From assembly GCF_022539665.2 (NCBI RefSeq), contig NC_081333.1, positions 3,534,001 to 3,598,000 on the forward strand: a stretch of DNA of 64,000 nucleotides, given 5' to 3'. Both the position numbers and the translations under genes were made by a program. Below are positions 24,389-36,352 of this stretch, in pieces. The DNA comes from Daphnia carinata (lineage: Eukaryota). Each line of letters opens with the position of its first letter. Positions within the stretch are counted from its first letter, which is position 1. The notes below the pieces were generated by a model. The model had not been told where the DNA came from and ran no database searches. It was given only the letters and a program-made list of their open reading frames with translations.

Positions 24389-27300
24389 AGCAGACGAACC
24401 ACTTCCAGCCGGTCAGTTAACCCGTTAACGCATTAACAAGAAGATGGAGATAAAAAACCAACCGCCGTGTGTGTCTTTATTGACCGCCATCATCATCATA
24501 TGATACCCGTGTCCTGTCCTTTTTTTTTTTTTTATATGGCCCTCCTCCTATTCCCCGTTCTTCCGGTTATTGATTCCGGTCCTTCCCACCCACCCCCCTT
24601 TTTTCTATACTATTCATTTTCTGTTGAGCGCGCAGCAGACTGGGGGGGGGGGGATCCACACGCACTATTTTTTTTTTTTTTAGGGTGGAAGGTGTGTGTG
24701 TGTGTGTTGCTATCCATCGTCAAGATATCCGGAATGTGAAAGAAAATGTTCTTAACCCTGCCGGAATTCCGGAATCTGCGCACATGGTGCCATCTTTCTT
24801 TTTTTTTTTTTTTTTTTAAATAATGAAAATGACCCGGAATTCCGGCCATTTCTCTCCATTGATTGGATTCCTCCCTCTCTTGTAAATAATATAACACACA
24901 CACACAGCTACATACGTATATCGTTATTCTAATAATCTCTGGTCTATTTTCAAATTGCATTAAAGCAAAAAAAAAAAAAAAAAAGGACAAAAAAAATTTT
25001 TTTGATTTAAAATGTTTACCCCCCTCATCACAAAAACAATCGATTATGTTGACCTGTTTTTTTTTTTTTTACACGCCAGCCATTGATTTGTGTGTACATA
25101 GCCGCCGATGACATAATTATTTCTTTTCATCGATACACACTCATGTTCTCACTCTAAAAGAAAAAAAAAATTCCAACCGCACGATTTATGGACACAATTT
25201 TTTTTTTGGTTTAGAAATTACAAGTAAAAGATTGAGAAAAATCACACACAACGACGTGTACACACACAAAATTTAAAAGTCATTTTTTTTTTTAAAGGGA
25301 GGCATATGAAAATTCCCGAAATTGAGAAAGAAAAAAACAAATGCCGGGGAATAGCGCACCGTTCCGACGGAACAATTCCACGTGCACACACACAAAACAA
25401 ACAAATTTTGCCATTTTTTTTTGTTGTTGTTGTCGTCTCCCCACCAAATAATGGAGGGGGGGAGGTTCAATTTTACAATGGGCGTGAAAGTTTGCGTCCG
25501 TCCCTCTACGACGACCGACATTGTTTCTCCTTTGTGTTATTGTTACGGGAATGAATTATTAAAAAAAAAAACATTTGTTTTTTAAATTAAATTCGAATTA
25601 TACACAGTCCTCCATCCATTTTGGTCCTTGCGTGTGTGTGTGTGTGTGTAATCGAATTTTTTGTATACTGTTTTTGTTTTCTCTCTCTCTCTCTTGCTGC
25701 GTATATTACAAAAATATATATATCTACTATCAACCGAAAATGCATATTTTTGATTAAGGGAAAAAAACCATCGAGGTCGATACATATTGTTTGCATTCGA
25801 CAACAACCCGAAAAGAAAAAGAAAACGGTACATTTCAAGAAACGACATTTTTAAATGGTCCCGGGCCGAACGACGTTCCCGGTAGTGACCTCCATTGCGT
25901 GTGTGTGTGTGTGTCAAAAGTGGAACGACTAATCCTCTTTTGATATCATCTTTTTTGAAGAAAAAAAAACTAATGAACACGACGACACTGTGGCGTCGTA
26001 CGAAAATGACGCGTCTCGGGATTTTATTTTTTGTTTTGATTTTTTTTTTTTATCAAAAAGAATTGAAACAAAAAGAACTGCAGAACGAAGAGCAAACACA
26101 CATAACGGAAGTTGTGCCGTAACGGAGAGCGCGTCAGGCGGTTGTTTCTCTCTCCCTCCTTAAAAAAAAAATAATAATAAATTTCTCCCGCGGGAAAAAT
26201 GCGTGACGTCACGAAACCTAAAAGAGTCGAACAGGAAAATGATTATTTTTTTTTTCTTTTTAGTTGGTAGAGAAACCGGACGACGACGCAATTCGAAAAA
26301 CAAAAAACAAAAAAGAGCTTGTACACACGCAAAGAGCATCCACACACACACACGCGCGCATTCGGGGGAGTGGTTATAAATAGCAAGTTCCAGGATCGCC
26401 GTCACCTTTTTAAGTCTCTCACGTCTTTTTTGGCTTTTTTTCACGTTTCGTCTTAAGAATTTATTGATTTATTATTCTTTTAATGTCTTTGGGGAAATTG
26501 ATTAGGTGATGAACGTGAAAATTCATTTTTATTTTTCACCTACTCCGACTGGGGGTAGGTGGAGTGAACAAAACAAAAATTGGGGAGATATTTTTTTTTT
26601 TTTAAAGGGGGGGGGGGATAGTCTGAGCGGATGAACGAGCCCCACGGCTAATCGATACGGATATGTTGAAGAGAAAAGAAAAAAAGGGAAACAGAAACGG
26701 TTGTGGCCCTATGGATGGAGCATTTTGGTTGGCGTGTACGGAACTATTTGATCCATCGCCGCAGAAAACGTAGGAACACAACGAAGTTCAAAGAAATCAT
26801 AATACATAAAAAAATATTCTGTGCCGGAATCATATATGCGCATTCTGTCGTTCTTTTTTTTTTTTTTCAAAGTCTCATATGTGCGCAGTGTGTGTGTGTG
26901 GAATTTTAGCGACTCCGGAGCTCTTTGACTTTGTCTTTGATCTCTTTTTTTTTTTTCCTAACTCTCTCCTCTTATTTCTCTTTGACGTCGTTTACAGTTC
27001 CCCCTTTTTTTTTCTCCTTGCCCTCCTTCTCTTGTCAACGTGATTACTTCTGATTGTCGGCCATTGAAAGATATATCCCTTTCCATGTTTTGTGTGCGCG
27101 CCCTTGATGAAAAGCAGAACCGTCCGCGTATTACAGTAGTAGCGGAAAAAGGTTTTTTTTCGGGACCGTGGGTGGGACGATGCGGAACCGATTCATAGAG
27201 GGCATGACTTATCGATCCGTAAAAGAGGACAGCAGCCTACACGCAGACATGAGTGTATAGAGGAAAAAAAGGAGGGAAGTTGTCTGAGAAGATCGGCAAT

Positions 27301-28611
27301 TCAACGTGCATGATTATTGATCATATCGTGGACGCACACAGTTGGCTCTCTTGATGACCCCGCTTTTTTTTACGTTGGTCTTTTATGTCAACACACAAAA
27401 GCCCATCATTTTACACGTGGCGAAAGACGCACGTTAAATGAATCTTTTTGAATATATTATCTTTTGATCTGACCAATCAAATGAGTCGTAATTGGGAGAC
27501 ATCGGATCAATGTTGCAAAAGGTTTTTTAGCTTTCTACCTTGAGGCAATTCCATTTCTTTTCTTTTATTGTTTTGTAGAAAGGTCGTAAATAGCTTTCGT
27601 TTTTTATTTTGTTCTTCGACATTTAAAACAGAGTCGAGAGATTAGGATATTATTATTTATCTGGCAACCAGCTGTCAAAAGCAGACGACTTGGTTTGACG
27701 TGAAAAGAGGCGAGTTGTCTAAACAACACAAGGTTCTCTGTGTTCCTCGTCGCTTATGCGAAGGTAATCAAGTGGAAATAGGAATTATACCCTAGGCCAA
27801 ATCAAATCGATCGGCTGTGCAGTTTTTCTTTTTTCCCTTTCTTCTTTGTTGCTGCAACATGAATACCTGTTTTCCAATAACGTAGGTAAGCCATTCTTTG
27901 ACTCGTTTGACTAACCCGAGCCGAAATGTAACTAAATAATCCGATACTGTTATCGTGCATTTTTATCGTCGTCGTGAACGTTTCTTTTCGTCCGTTTAAA
28001 ACAGGTACTTGCGTGCCTATTTTTAGGAAAGTGAATTTGGAAACGGCCGTCCCGTTGGAACGTGGGCATATTGTTAGAAACACTTTTCGTGGTTTGGAAA
28101 ACAGTCAAAAGCCAACAGATGCTGCTTGCCTATTTAGTTGTGTGAAGTAAGGGGATAACCAGGAGGCCATTACACACCGTGAAATCCATTTGAAGGCTTG
28201 AAAATGAGGCCATTTTGTAGTGTTGGCTTGCCGATTTCATTTACTTTTGTTAGAAAAAAGATGATTCGAAAAATACTGCAGGCATCCGTCAATTGTGGCA
28301 TTTAGCTTGCTTTATGAATCATGCAATGCTGTAATTCCAGGTGAATAGTTGACGACATTGATTGATTGCCAACTGAAATTTCCCAAATTCCTAACCCAGT
28401 TTTTGTTTCTATTTACAGCTTTAGTGGAAGATAATTTGGATGTCATAGTCTTCTTCAAGCTCATGACATCTTTTAATTGACATTTTCTTTTTTTGGATAA
28501 GCATCTGAAATGTAGGCCAACACTGACATGAATTTCTTAATTGGCCTGAAAAGAGGTATATGATCAACAAAGCTTTCAATATTAATTTATTTAATTTTTC
28601 AAGATAGTGTT

Positions 28612-31600
28612 CTACCATAGAACGCATTTATTTAATCGATTCATCGGCGTGCCTGGACGACATTGAAACGCTCTGACAAAGTCTTCGTTATTGGACAGAG
28701 TTCCTATGACGCGATAGCGATAAGGGCTGTGAGGATCCTTTTCAATAAGAGTCCTCAACGCTTGAGGAGTATTAGTTCCACATAAACTATTGGCGTAAGC
28801 AAGAAAGAAAACTTGCTCTGGCGTCAAGTTTTCGAATTTGGTCGAATCAGCCCGGCCATTGGCTGCGACGTAGTAACGGTAAGCTCTCAAGGCTTCCCTC
28901 ACTCCGCCATTATCCGCAATGTTCTCGCCCTGGGTATTGACCCCGTTTAACTTTACATATCAATGAATGGGGAATTTAATTTTTTTTTTGCTTTCAAACT
29001 AAATTTTTAAATCGTATTTAGCTACTTTTGAACCATTTAGGACGGTGAAATTGGAGTATTCGTTAATGAAGCACGTGGCCCGTTCTTGATACAGTTCCAG
29101 TGTTTTCTCCGACCACCACTGAGCCGTGTTGCCGTACTTGTCACTCTGTCGACCTACGCAATTTCACTGACAGTCACTTGATTGATGAAATGGGAATGAA
29201 TGTGTTTACCTTCGTCGTCGAATCCGTGAGTTATTTCATGACCGATCATGCTACCCATAGCGCCGTAATTCATTGCCCTATTTTTTTTATTTTAGGATAA
29301 TTACATTCGTTTGAGACCATCAGATGTTTTCATACTTACGCCGAACGCCCTTTTTGATAAAACGGGGGTTGTAGAATGGCAGCCGGAAAAGCTGGTAAAA
29401 ATTATTTATTATTATTTTAAATTTCTTTTTTTTTTTTTTTTTGCGTAATTCGTGAAGAAATTACTAATTGAGTTTGTGGTGCCAGAGTAGAAAGCGTTGA
29501 CAATAGTCGGTTTATCGTTCCATCTGCGGTATTCGTATTTTCAAAATTAATTTTTTTTACCCATAAATTAGAACTCATTTCGAAATTCATACTCGGTGCG
29601 ATCAGGTTTCTCGCGGAGACTGGCCAATTCGTTTTGATTTATAAAAGAATGCACTTGTTGAATATTATAGAAATGGGAACCCGTCGAAGTCGTAATAATC
29701 TATCCGACAAAAAAATTCAAATTTTTATCCACTGCAAAATGAATCGTGAATTCACTTACCCCGTCGTAATAATCCTCTAAGGCAGTTTTGTTCTTTAACC
29801 ATGCGGGGTAGGCAACAAATTCAATCATGGCATCTACTTTATCTTTTGCTGTTGATTTAGTAGTTGAATCCATCCAAGAAGCTTCGCTTAGCAGAGATTT
29901 AAACGACTTTTTCAAATTGACAATCATCTCTTTAATCTGTAAAATTTAACTATTTTAAATTATTTTCATATTAACACAAAAATGCAAATGACCTCTTCGA
30001 CAGATTGATCGTCAAACACTCTTTGAACGTAAACTGAACCTAACGCCATTCCCATGAGTTCATTGACGGCATCGACGCATTGATGTGACCTGGCCATTGA
30101 TGGAAATGTATTGTGTAAGTAGGTTAATTGAGCTGATTTACACCAACCTCGAATTGGGTTTGGAAATGCCTTCAGTCACTTTAGCAAATTCAAATTGCAC
30201 ATCAGCCATGCGCTGGTTAGTGAACATGGCCAGAGCATCCACAATACGCCAATGGATGTAATTAGCTAATTTGAAAAATTGAATTGATTCATTTTGTTTT
30301 TAAATCTAGGAATCGAAATGAGTTTACCTAACACTCGAGGCGGTGTTTTATTCAACAGTTGAATGAGCTGATTTAAATAATTCGGCTCGGCTATGACAAG
30401 TCGTTCCGTTTTCGGGATCGTGATACCAGCGGAAGAGTAAATAGCGTTGAGGTATTCTAGCCAATTAATCTTTTAAACGAAAACAAACAATTAAAAATTA
30501 TTACTTGGAAATTCTCGACGTTAATTCACACTTTATTAGAAGAATTATTGATGAACAGGCCGTCAGTCCAATTTTGAAGTTCTGTCAGCGTCATTGGATT
30601 GTACATTCGGCTGCTATTGCGACGATCTCCATCTGAAACGGTGATCTGTTTAGAATCGACAATGAATTAGGAATACGCTGAATAACTACTACACGAGTGT
30701 CTTGTGTAATACCGTTGCCAACTGTGACTCGAATTTCAAAACAGCGTCGACTTGGCTCTCGATTTCGACGTCAGTGACGTTACTCCGCAGCCAATCTCTA
30801 ATCGCTTTGGCAGATTCGACTATCACTTTCTTGTAGGCCGTCGCAATTGTTGGATTGGCCGTCAAATTAACGAGGACTGAACGCGGCAAATAAAGCGAAT
30901 CTTGGTCAATGTAGATCGTACTCGCGTTCGTGTGATCCGTATCCAAGTCATTGAAGATGCTGATTAATATGGGCAAATTGAAAGTAGTGAGTGCCGACGC
31001 TGTCGTGTTCGTCCAGTTGAATGAAGAATCTTTCCAATGAGCCAACGTCATCGGCCAGCCACCGAACTGACCCAAGTAATTGGTTAAAGGCGTCAATCCT
31101 AAGCTCTCGGTAGTATCTGAATGACATTCAAATGTTATACCCGTTGGATATTAAAACTTATTTAAATCATTTTTTTTTTACCGTTGTCCATACAGTCGCT
31201 GTGCATTTGACGGGCAAGTCTCACTGGAAATGGATCCGTAAGAGAATTTTTCTCTTTCAAAATATCTGCATAATTTTTTTTTTAAATTTAGATTACAAAC
31301 TAAAATGTTGGAAGAGTTAACACACACCTGCCAATTCATGAGCTAGTTTTTTATTCACAAGGTCGAATTGCGACCAGGTCGATTTCGATGTTGGAATTGG
31401 ATTCTTTTCGATCCATCCGCCACAAGCGTATTGAAAAAAATCCTGGCATGGATCGGCTGTCGCGTCCATAGCATCCGCCAGCTCAATTGCAGCTAGTTTA
31501 TTCAATTATTAAATAGATTTAAAATCCCATTTGAAACAGTTTTTACCTCTGGTGTCAACATCCGAAGAAACAGGTAAACTGTAACTCAATCGGAGGATGA

Positions 31601-31702
31601 CCAACACGACAGCGTAAAACAACTCGATCCTAGAACACAACAAAATAGGGGATATTAAAACGTAGAACAAACACATCAAAGATGATGTTACTTGTCTGCC
31701 AT
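28612..31702 (-). CDS. Neprilysin-family (M13) zinc metallopeptidase, probably secreted, 16 coding exons
   Basis: Exons (approx.): 31692-31702, 31547-31629, 31328-31492, 31182-31265, 30713-31116, 30532-30645, 30328-30469, 30148-30265, 29993-30089, 29760-29936, 29593-29699, 29465-29523, 29340-29391, 29210-29277, 29026-29153, 28612-28950. Motifs DPCQDFFQYACGGW, VNAFY, FPAAILQPPFY, GHEITHGFDD (HExxH, 29226-29240), GENIADNGG, DPHSP and C-terminal CVLW. Confidence 0.96.
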
Positions 31703-31781
31703 TTTGATACGGTTATTCACAACAGTCGAACGTCTGGACCACTACTAACGCGCGTAGGTTAAGAGAAAGCAGTGTATGCCT

Positions 31782-31788
31782 TTTTATA
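31782..31788 (-). promoter_or_regulatory. TATA box of the neprilysin gene
   Basis: TATAAAA on the minus strand about 85 nt upstream of ATG 31702. Confidence 0.5.
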
Positions 31789-33640
31789 AGCGGCAAAATT
31801 GAACGGTTGACAATAAACGTCCACGTCGAGAGGATACACAATAACTACGGGAAAAACCATGACAATCATCTCAGCGGCCGTTCATTTTCAATTCCACCTG
31901 CGCATAGATGCATCCGCTGAAAACCGGATGATGTGACAATCGTAGAATATTTTCTCGTATATACCACATTTTCAATTGATCAACAACCGACTGTGTTGAA
32001 TGCATGTCGTGTTTTGAATCAAATAAGAAAACGATGTCTGTCACTGCCGCTTCATTTTCTTCCAATCACGAAATTCAAGGCCGGTGATGACACCTGTTTT
32101 TATTCTAAATGAATTGCATTATGCTTTACTTGTAATTTCAGTTCGTTAATTTAGTATGTAAATGGCAGCAATTGATGCATTACATAAGAAACGATTTGCT
32201 TCTTTTAAAACAAACACCTTTTTTTTAATGATGTGTGTTGTACAAAACAAACCGGTCCCGCATTAGAACTTAAGAGGGAGAAACAGGTGCCATGGTTGGT
32301 TCATCTTGCCAGCACCTGAAACTGGTTTAATTGCTACATTTCACGACGTAACAAGGTCATTAGAATACACAGTTCACGAGCATCCGCTTGCCAATTGTGA
32401 ACAAAATTCAAACGAAATCTCTTAGCAGCTTTTTGTTTCATTTCAGCGAATAATGTGAAGAAGGAGAGGATAACGATTCAAGAGGATTCCTTTATCCATG
32501 ACCGAATTCGATGGCAGACTGATTCACCTTCATAGGTGAATAATGTAGCACATCCCGAAACGCGAATTTAGAAATGTAATCGTGACTTGCGCACTTTCTT
32601 GGGTTCGTATTCAGAATTTTCTGCATCAAAAATGAAACACGAACGATATGCAAATGTACGGCTTTTCACTGTCGTTTTGAAGGGTTTGTGCATTTTTAAC
32701 GGTCAATAAAGAACGAGAACTGGGACGATCTTCGTTCAAGTCGAATTTCATTAATGGCAATTAAAATCATCAGTGACATTGCGAACTGTGTAACGGGACT
32801 AGTTGAATTCACAGCCACGCCATCCCAGGTCACGTGATCTGCACAAAAGACCTTCGTCTGCTAGTTTGCACGATAACGCTTCAGTGCTGGGTGATTAGTC
32901 AGATCTTTCAAGGTGATCTCTACACATCGTCTATTTACCTTCACCTAGTCACCTAAGGCCATTTACTCTGAAGCCCATCCATTCATTTCAAGAGGTAATT
33001 GTGATACAACTATTTTGTTAGGTAAGAGCCATCGTCATTGCTGTTAACCGTTTAAAATCAATGAGAAATATGTCAAGTCCAGATGAAACGTGAAATCCAT
33101 ATTCAAATGGGTTTTTCTAGCAGCTCTGTAAATACAGATGAGAATGGCACTGATGATTTGATTTTGAACGGTGTGATTGAATTGATTTTCTTACCATAGC
33201 CACTCGATTTGACAAGATAACGAATCAGCTGTTTTTTGTCTGGGGAAAGGACTGTGGACAATTGGCGTTGAGACAGGCTGCTAATAACAAGCACATGTTG
33301 CCTAACTAAATTTAGAGTAATTACTCTATTTCAATTACTATATCGTAAAAAACAACAACGACATAGAATAAGGTCGATAATAGCATAATTATGTTAAGAA
33401 ATAGCTACAAAGGCGGCCGAATTACAACTAGCCTAGGCCCTCCTATGTGCGACCTGTATACCATCGTTTTTGAATGAATTTCGTATTTTCATGGTTTAAA
33501 AAAGATATTTGGTAAAATGAACTTCAATCACTTAACAATGATCAACACATTGTTATAAATATTTCTTACAACAAGTCGCTACTCGTTGTTTTATCAACGA
33601 ATAACATTTGCCATCAATGTTTTTGTGAACTATTGAACGG

Positions 33641-33647
33641 TATAAAA
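33641..33647 (+). promoter_or_regulatory. TATA box of the candidate type-3 Pol III promoter
   Basis: TATAAAA starts exactly 31 nt before G33672, the first base of the terminal stem. This is U6/7SK-type spacing. Confidence 0.55.
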
Positions 33648-33671
33648 GACTTGTGTGCACATCTAGCTATT

Positions 33672-33932
33672 GGGTTGGGAGAGTGGCGTGAGTATCAGAG
33701 ATGATATTCACGCTGGGCTACTATCGAGTGATCGAGGCGACACCTCGAGAACAAGGCGAAAGTAAAGTCGATGACTTTAAGAATCCCCGGAGCCCACTCA
33801 ACTGCTACCGGGATCACTCCTAGGGCCTTTCAAGCCGGCTTAAAAGGCATGTCCGATTAAGCAACACTCATATGATAGTATTAGCGAACTGGCTAGCAAC
33901 CGCTGCCACGCCAGCCCCTCCCAACCCTTTTT
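33672..33932 (+). ncRNA. Candidate structured Pol III non-coding RNA (~260 nt), family unassigned
   Basis: GGGTTGGGAG (33672-81) pairs perfectly with CTCCCAACCC (33918-27), which is directly followed by TTTTT. A 14-bp hairpin with a GAGA tetraloop spans 33684-33715. GAGTGATC/GATCACTC helix and further hairpins are present. GC-richer than its flanks. Confidence 0.65.
33928..33932 (+). terminator. Pol III oligo-T terminator
   Basis: First run of >=4 T after 33672, immediately after the 3' strand of the closing stem. Confidence 0.55.
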
Positions 33933-36352
33933 GATGACTGTCTTTATTTACAGTTTTTGGGAGGTACGGATGGGGATTGCGGGGATTCCCAAACGAAGCT
34001 GCGACATAGTTCACGCCGGTAGTGGATTCCTTCTAGCTGTTGAATTTTTCTTTGTGCGTGCCTTTAAAAGATCGTTAAAACCGACATTAGCCAGATTTTA
34101 CTCACGCCGGTCTCATTGAACGTGCGTCGTTTACACACTCGAATTTGCACAAGATCTTCCTTATTCATTTAGTATTTCGTTGTTGGAGAGGATAATGCAT
34201 TCATTTAAGTTAATGAAAAACGCCTTTCAAAAGTGGATCGTCATGAAAGCAGATGACGGAAATATTATTGTGGAAAGTTCGGGTAGTTTCCAATACCGCC
34301 GTGTGTTAATAAACTTTTGATAGCTTTAACAGACATTCAATTGTTTTATGATGCCAAAGCGCAATGCTTAACGATGGCTGCACGAAAGAGATCTTTGATT
34401 GGCTTCGGGGAAGATATAAATAGAAGGGTCACAAGAAAGTTTTGTGTGGTATATCCTTTGTAGCAGTTAGAAAGTTCCCGAAATAGATTACCCATATCTA
34501 GTGCCTTATTCTTTATGGACGCTAAAACAAACATGTGCTTATGTTTCTCTTACGCACAGGAGAAATAGCAATAAATCGAAAAGACATTTGCAAAAACTTT
34601 CATATTTTTCGGTGATCATTGCATTACGTGAATTGATTTGCGTGCAAAAACCCGGAACTAAAAGGGGTGAAAGGTCACGACCGTTTTTAGGGGGCTCTTT
34701 TTCGCCCAACCGATCATCCTACGTTATCAAAAAAGGAACAGTGAAACATGAGTGGGTGGTGTGTGATCGTGACTCGTTACATCACGTCGGCTTAACTCTC
34801 GTTCGTGCAACAATAGAGTATCTCGCGCGGGTTGGTTGATGCAAGTCACACAGGAACTAAAGGCGGGCAACAACAAAAGAAAAAAAAAGTCGAGTGAATA
34901 ATCGTTTCGCAATTAGATAAGAGAACCTTGAAGGCGTGATACGACGCTCGGATGAGTTCTTTGCGAGATTGCGCGGATCTTCCCGCCTACGGGATAAATT
35001 GAATCATTGTCGTATGACCTTCTCGTATACGCGAATTTCGAATTGCGTATCCTTCATCGGTGGTTTACGACGACCATGAGAAAAGCCAAACTAACTCATC
35101 AGAATTAGTCTTCGCTATTGCGTGACACTATTTTAATGTGATTAAATCTACTTTTTATCTGTAAATAATAATTTATTTAGACAATTCAGAACCACATCCT
35201 TGGACAATAAAATTCGTTTGGCTAAGTACAATTGTAATTGACTTTAGGTCTGTTGAAATCCTTTTAAATTCTGCAATTCATTCGAAGAATTTTATTTATA
35301 TTGAAATAGTTCTTATCTTTAACATTCCCGGTGAGTATATACACGGGAAACGAAAGTGATCAAATCACCAGGATGATTACGGGGATGTTTCAAAAGGTTC
35401 AAAGATTGGGAAAAACCCTTTCCCCTCCTCCTAGATCCTGTTGCACGAAAACGATCGTCACGCCTAACTGCTGGAATTCGCGCCGCTGAGGCAAAGAAAC
35501 ATCCACCAACTGATCATAAATATTTAAAAAAAAATGAGTCTATCTGTGAATTTAGGTTACTCTTTTTTATTATTCCTGTTTGGTTGGTTGATAATTCCGC
35601 CTAATCCGGAAGAAATTGAGCGTAACGCCTACGCCACAGACAGCGGCACTGAAAACAAAATCGGCGTCACGGACACGGCGTTACGGCGGTCTACCATCAT
35701 TTCGCCATATTTGTTTGCACATCAACAATTCAAATGAATAATGTTCTCCCCCAAGGTCATATTAGATTTTATTGCATAATTCACCCGAATTCGCAACTAC
35801 AGTTGAGTAGTATAATTACTCTTTTTATTTCAAAAATGGTTGGAATAAAAATCGATGCATTAAAAGATCTTGGAGATTGATAGCGGACGTTCAAGTTCAT
35901 GCAATTGGATCGTGACGTTGTCTTTTTTTTTTTAAAGAAAAAAAAAACAAAACAAACAAATTCCTTCCTGGGCCATCTCCGGGTTGCTTTTTGTTTCCTT
36001 CGTACACAGGCAAACTGGGAAATCCCTCCCCCTTAACTCGCTTTTTGCATGGCAATGGTACTCGACAAGGCGGAGCAACAATTGAAAGTGAATGCTTGTG
36101 GCCAAAGAAGAATACCCTCCCACCCATCAAGCTCAAGGTGGCAAAACTGAAAAAGTATTTAAACCAACGACTTCGACTTCAACATCAACCAGTTCAGTCT
36201 TTAGGTTTCCTCGGCGTTCTTCGTCCGGCATTTGCTCGTCCGGATTCTACGTGAGAAACTGTACCCTTATCAAGGTAATAGAATCAAGTCTAAGTTGAAT
36301 TTTCATTTCATTTTCATTTAAATCTTAATCAGGTAAACAGTGTCATTCAAGA

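Noticed and set aside
32885..32958. Pre-miRNA-like arms GGTGATTAG/CTAGTCACC
   Set aside because: The stem is broken by a large asymmetric loop, and I recognise no mature miRNA.
33672..33932. Telomerase RNA, RNase MRP/P, SRP or U6 identity for the candidate RNA
   Set aside because: No CCUAA-type template. GAATCCCCGG resembles MRP CR-I but there is no 3' GGGGC partner and it pairs locally. No SRP GGAA helix-8 motif and no ACAGAGA box.
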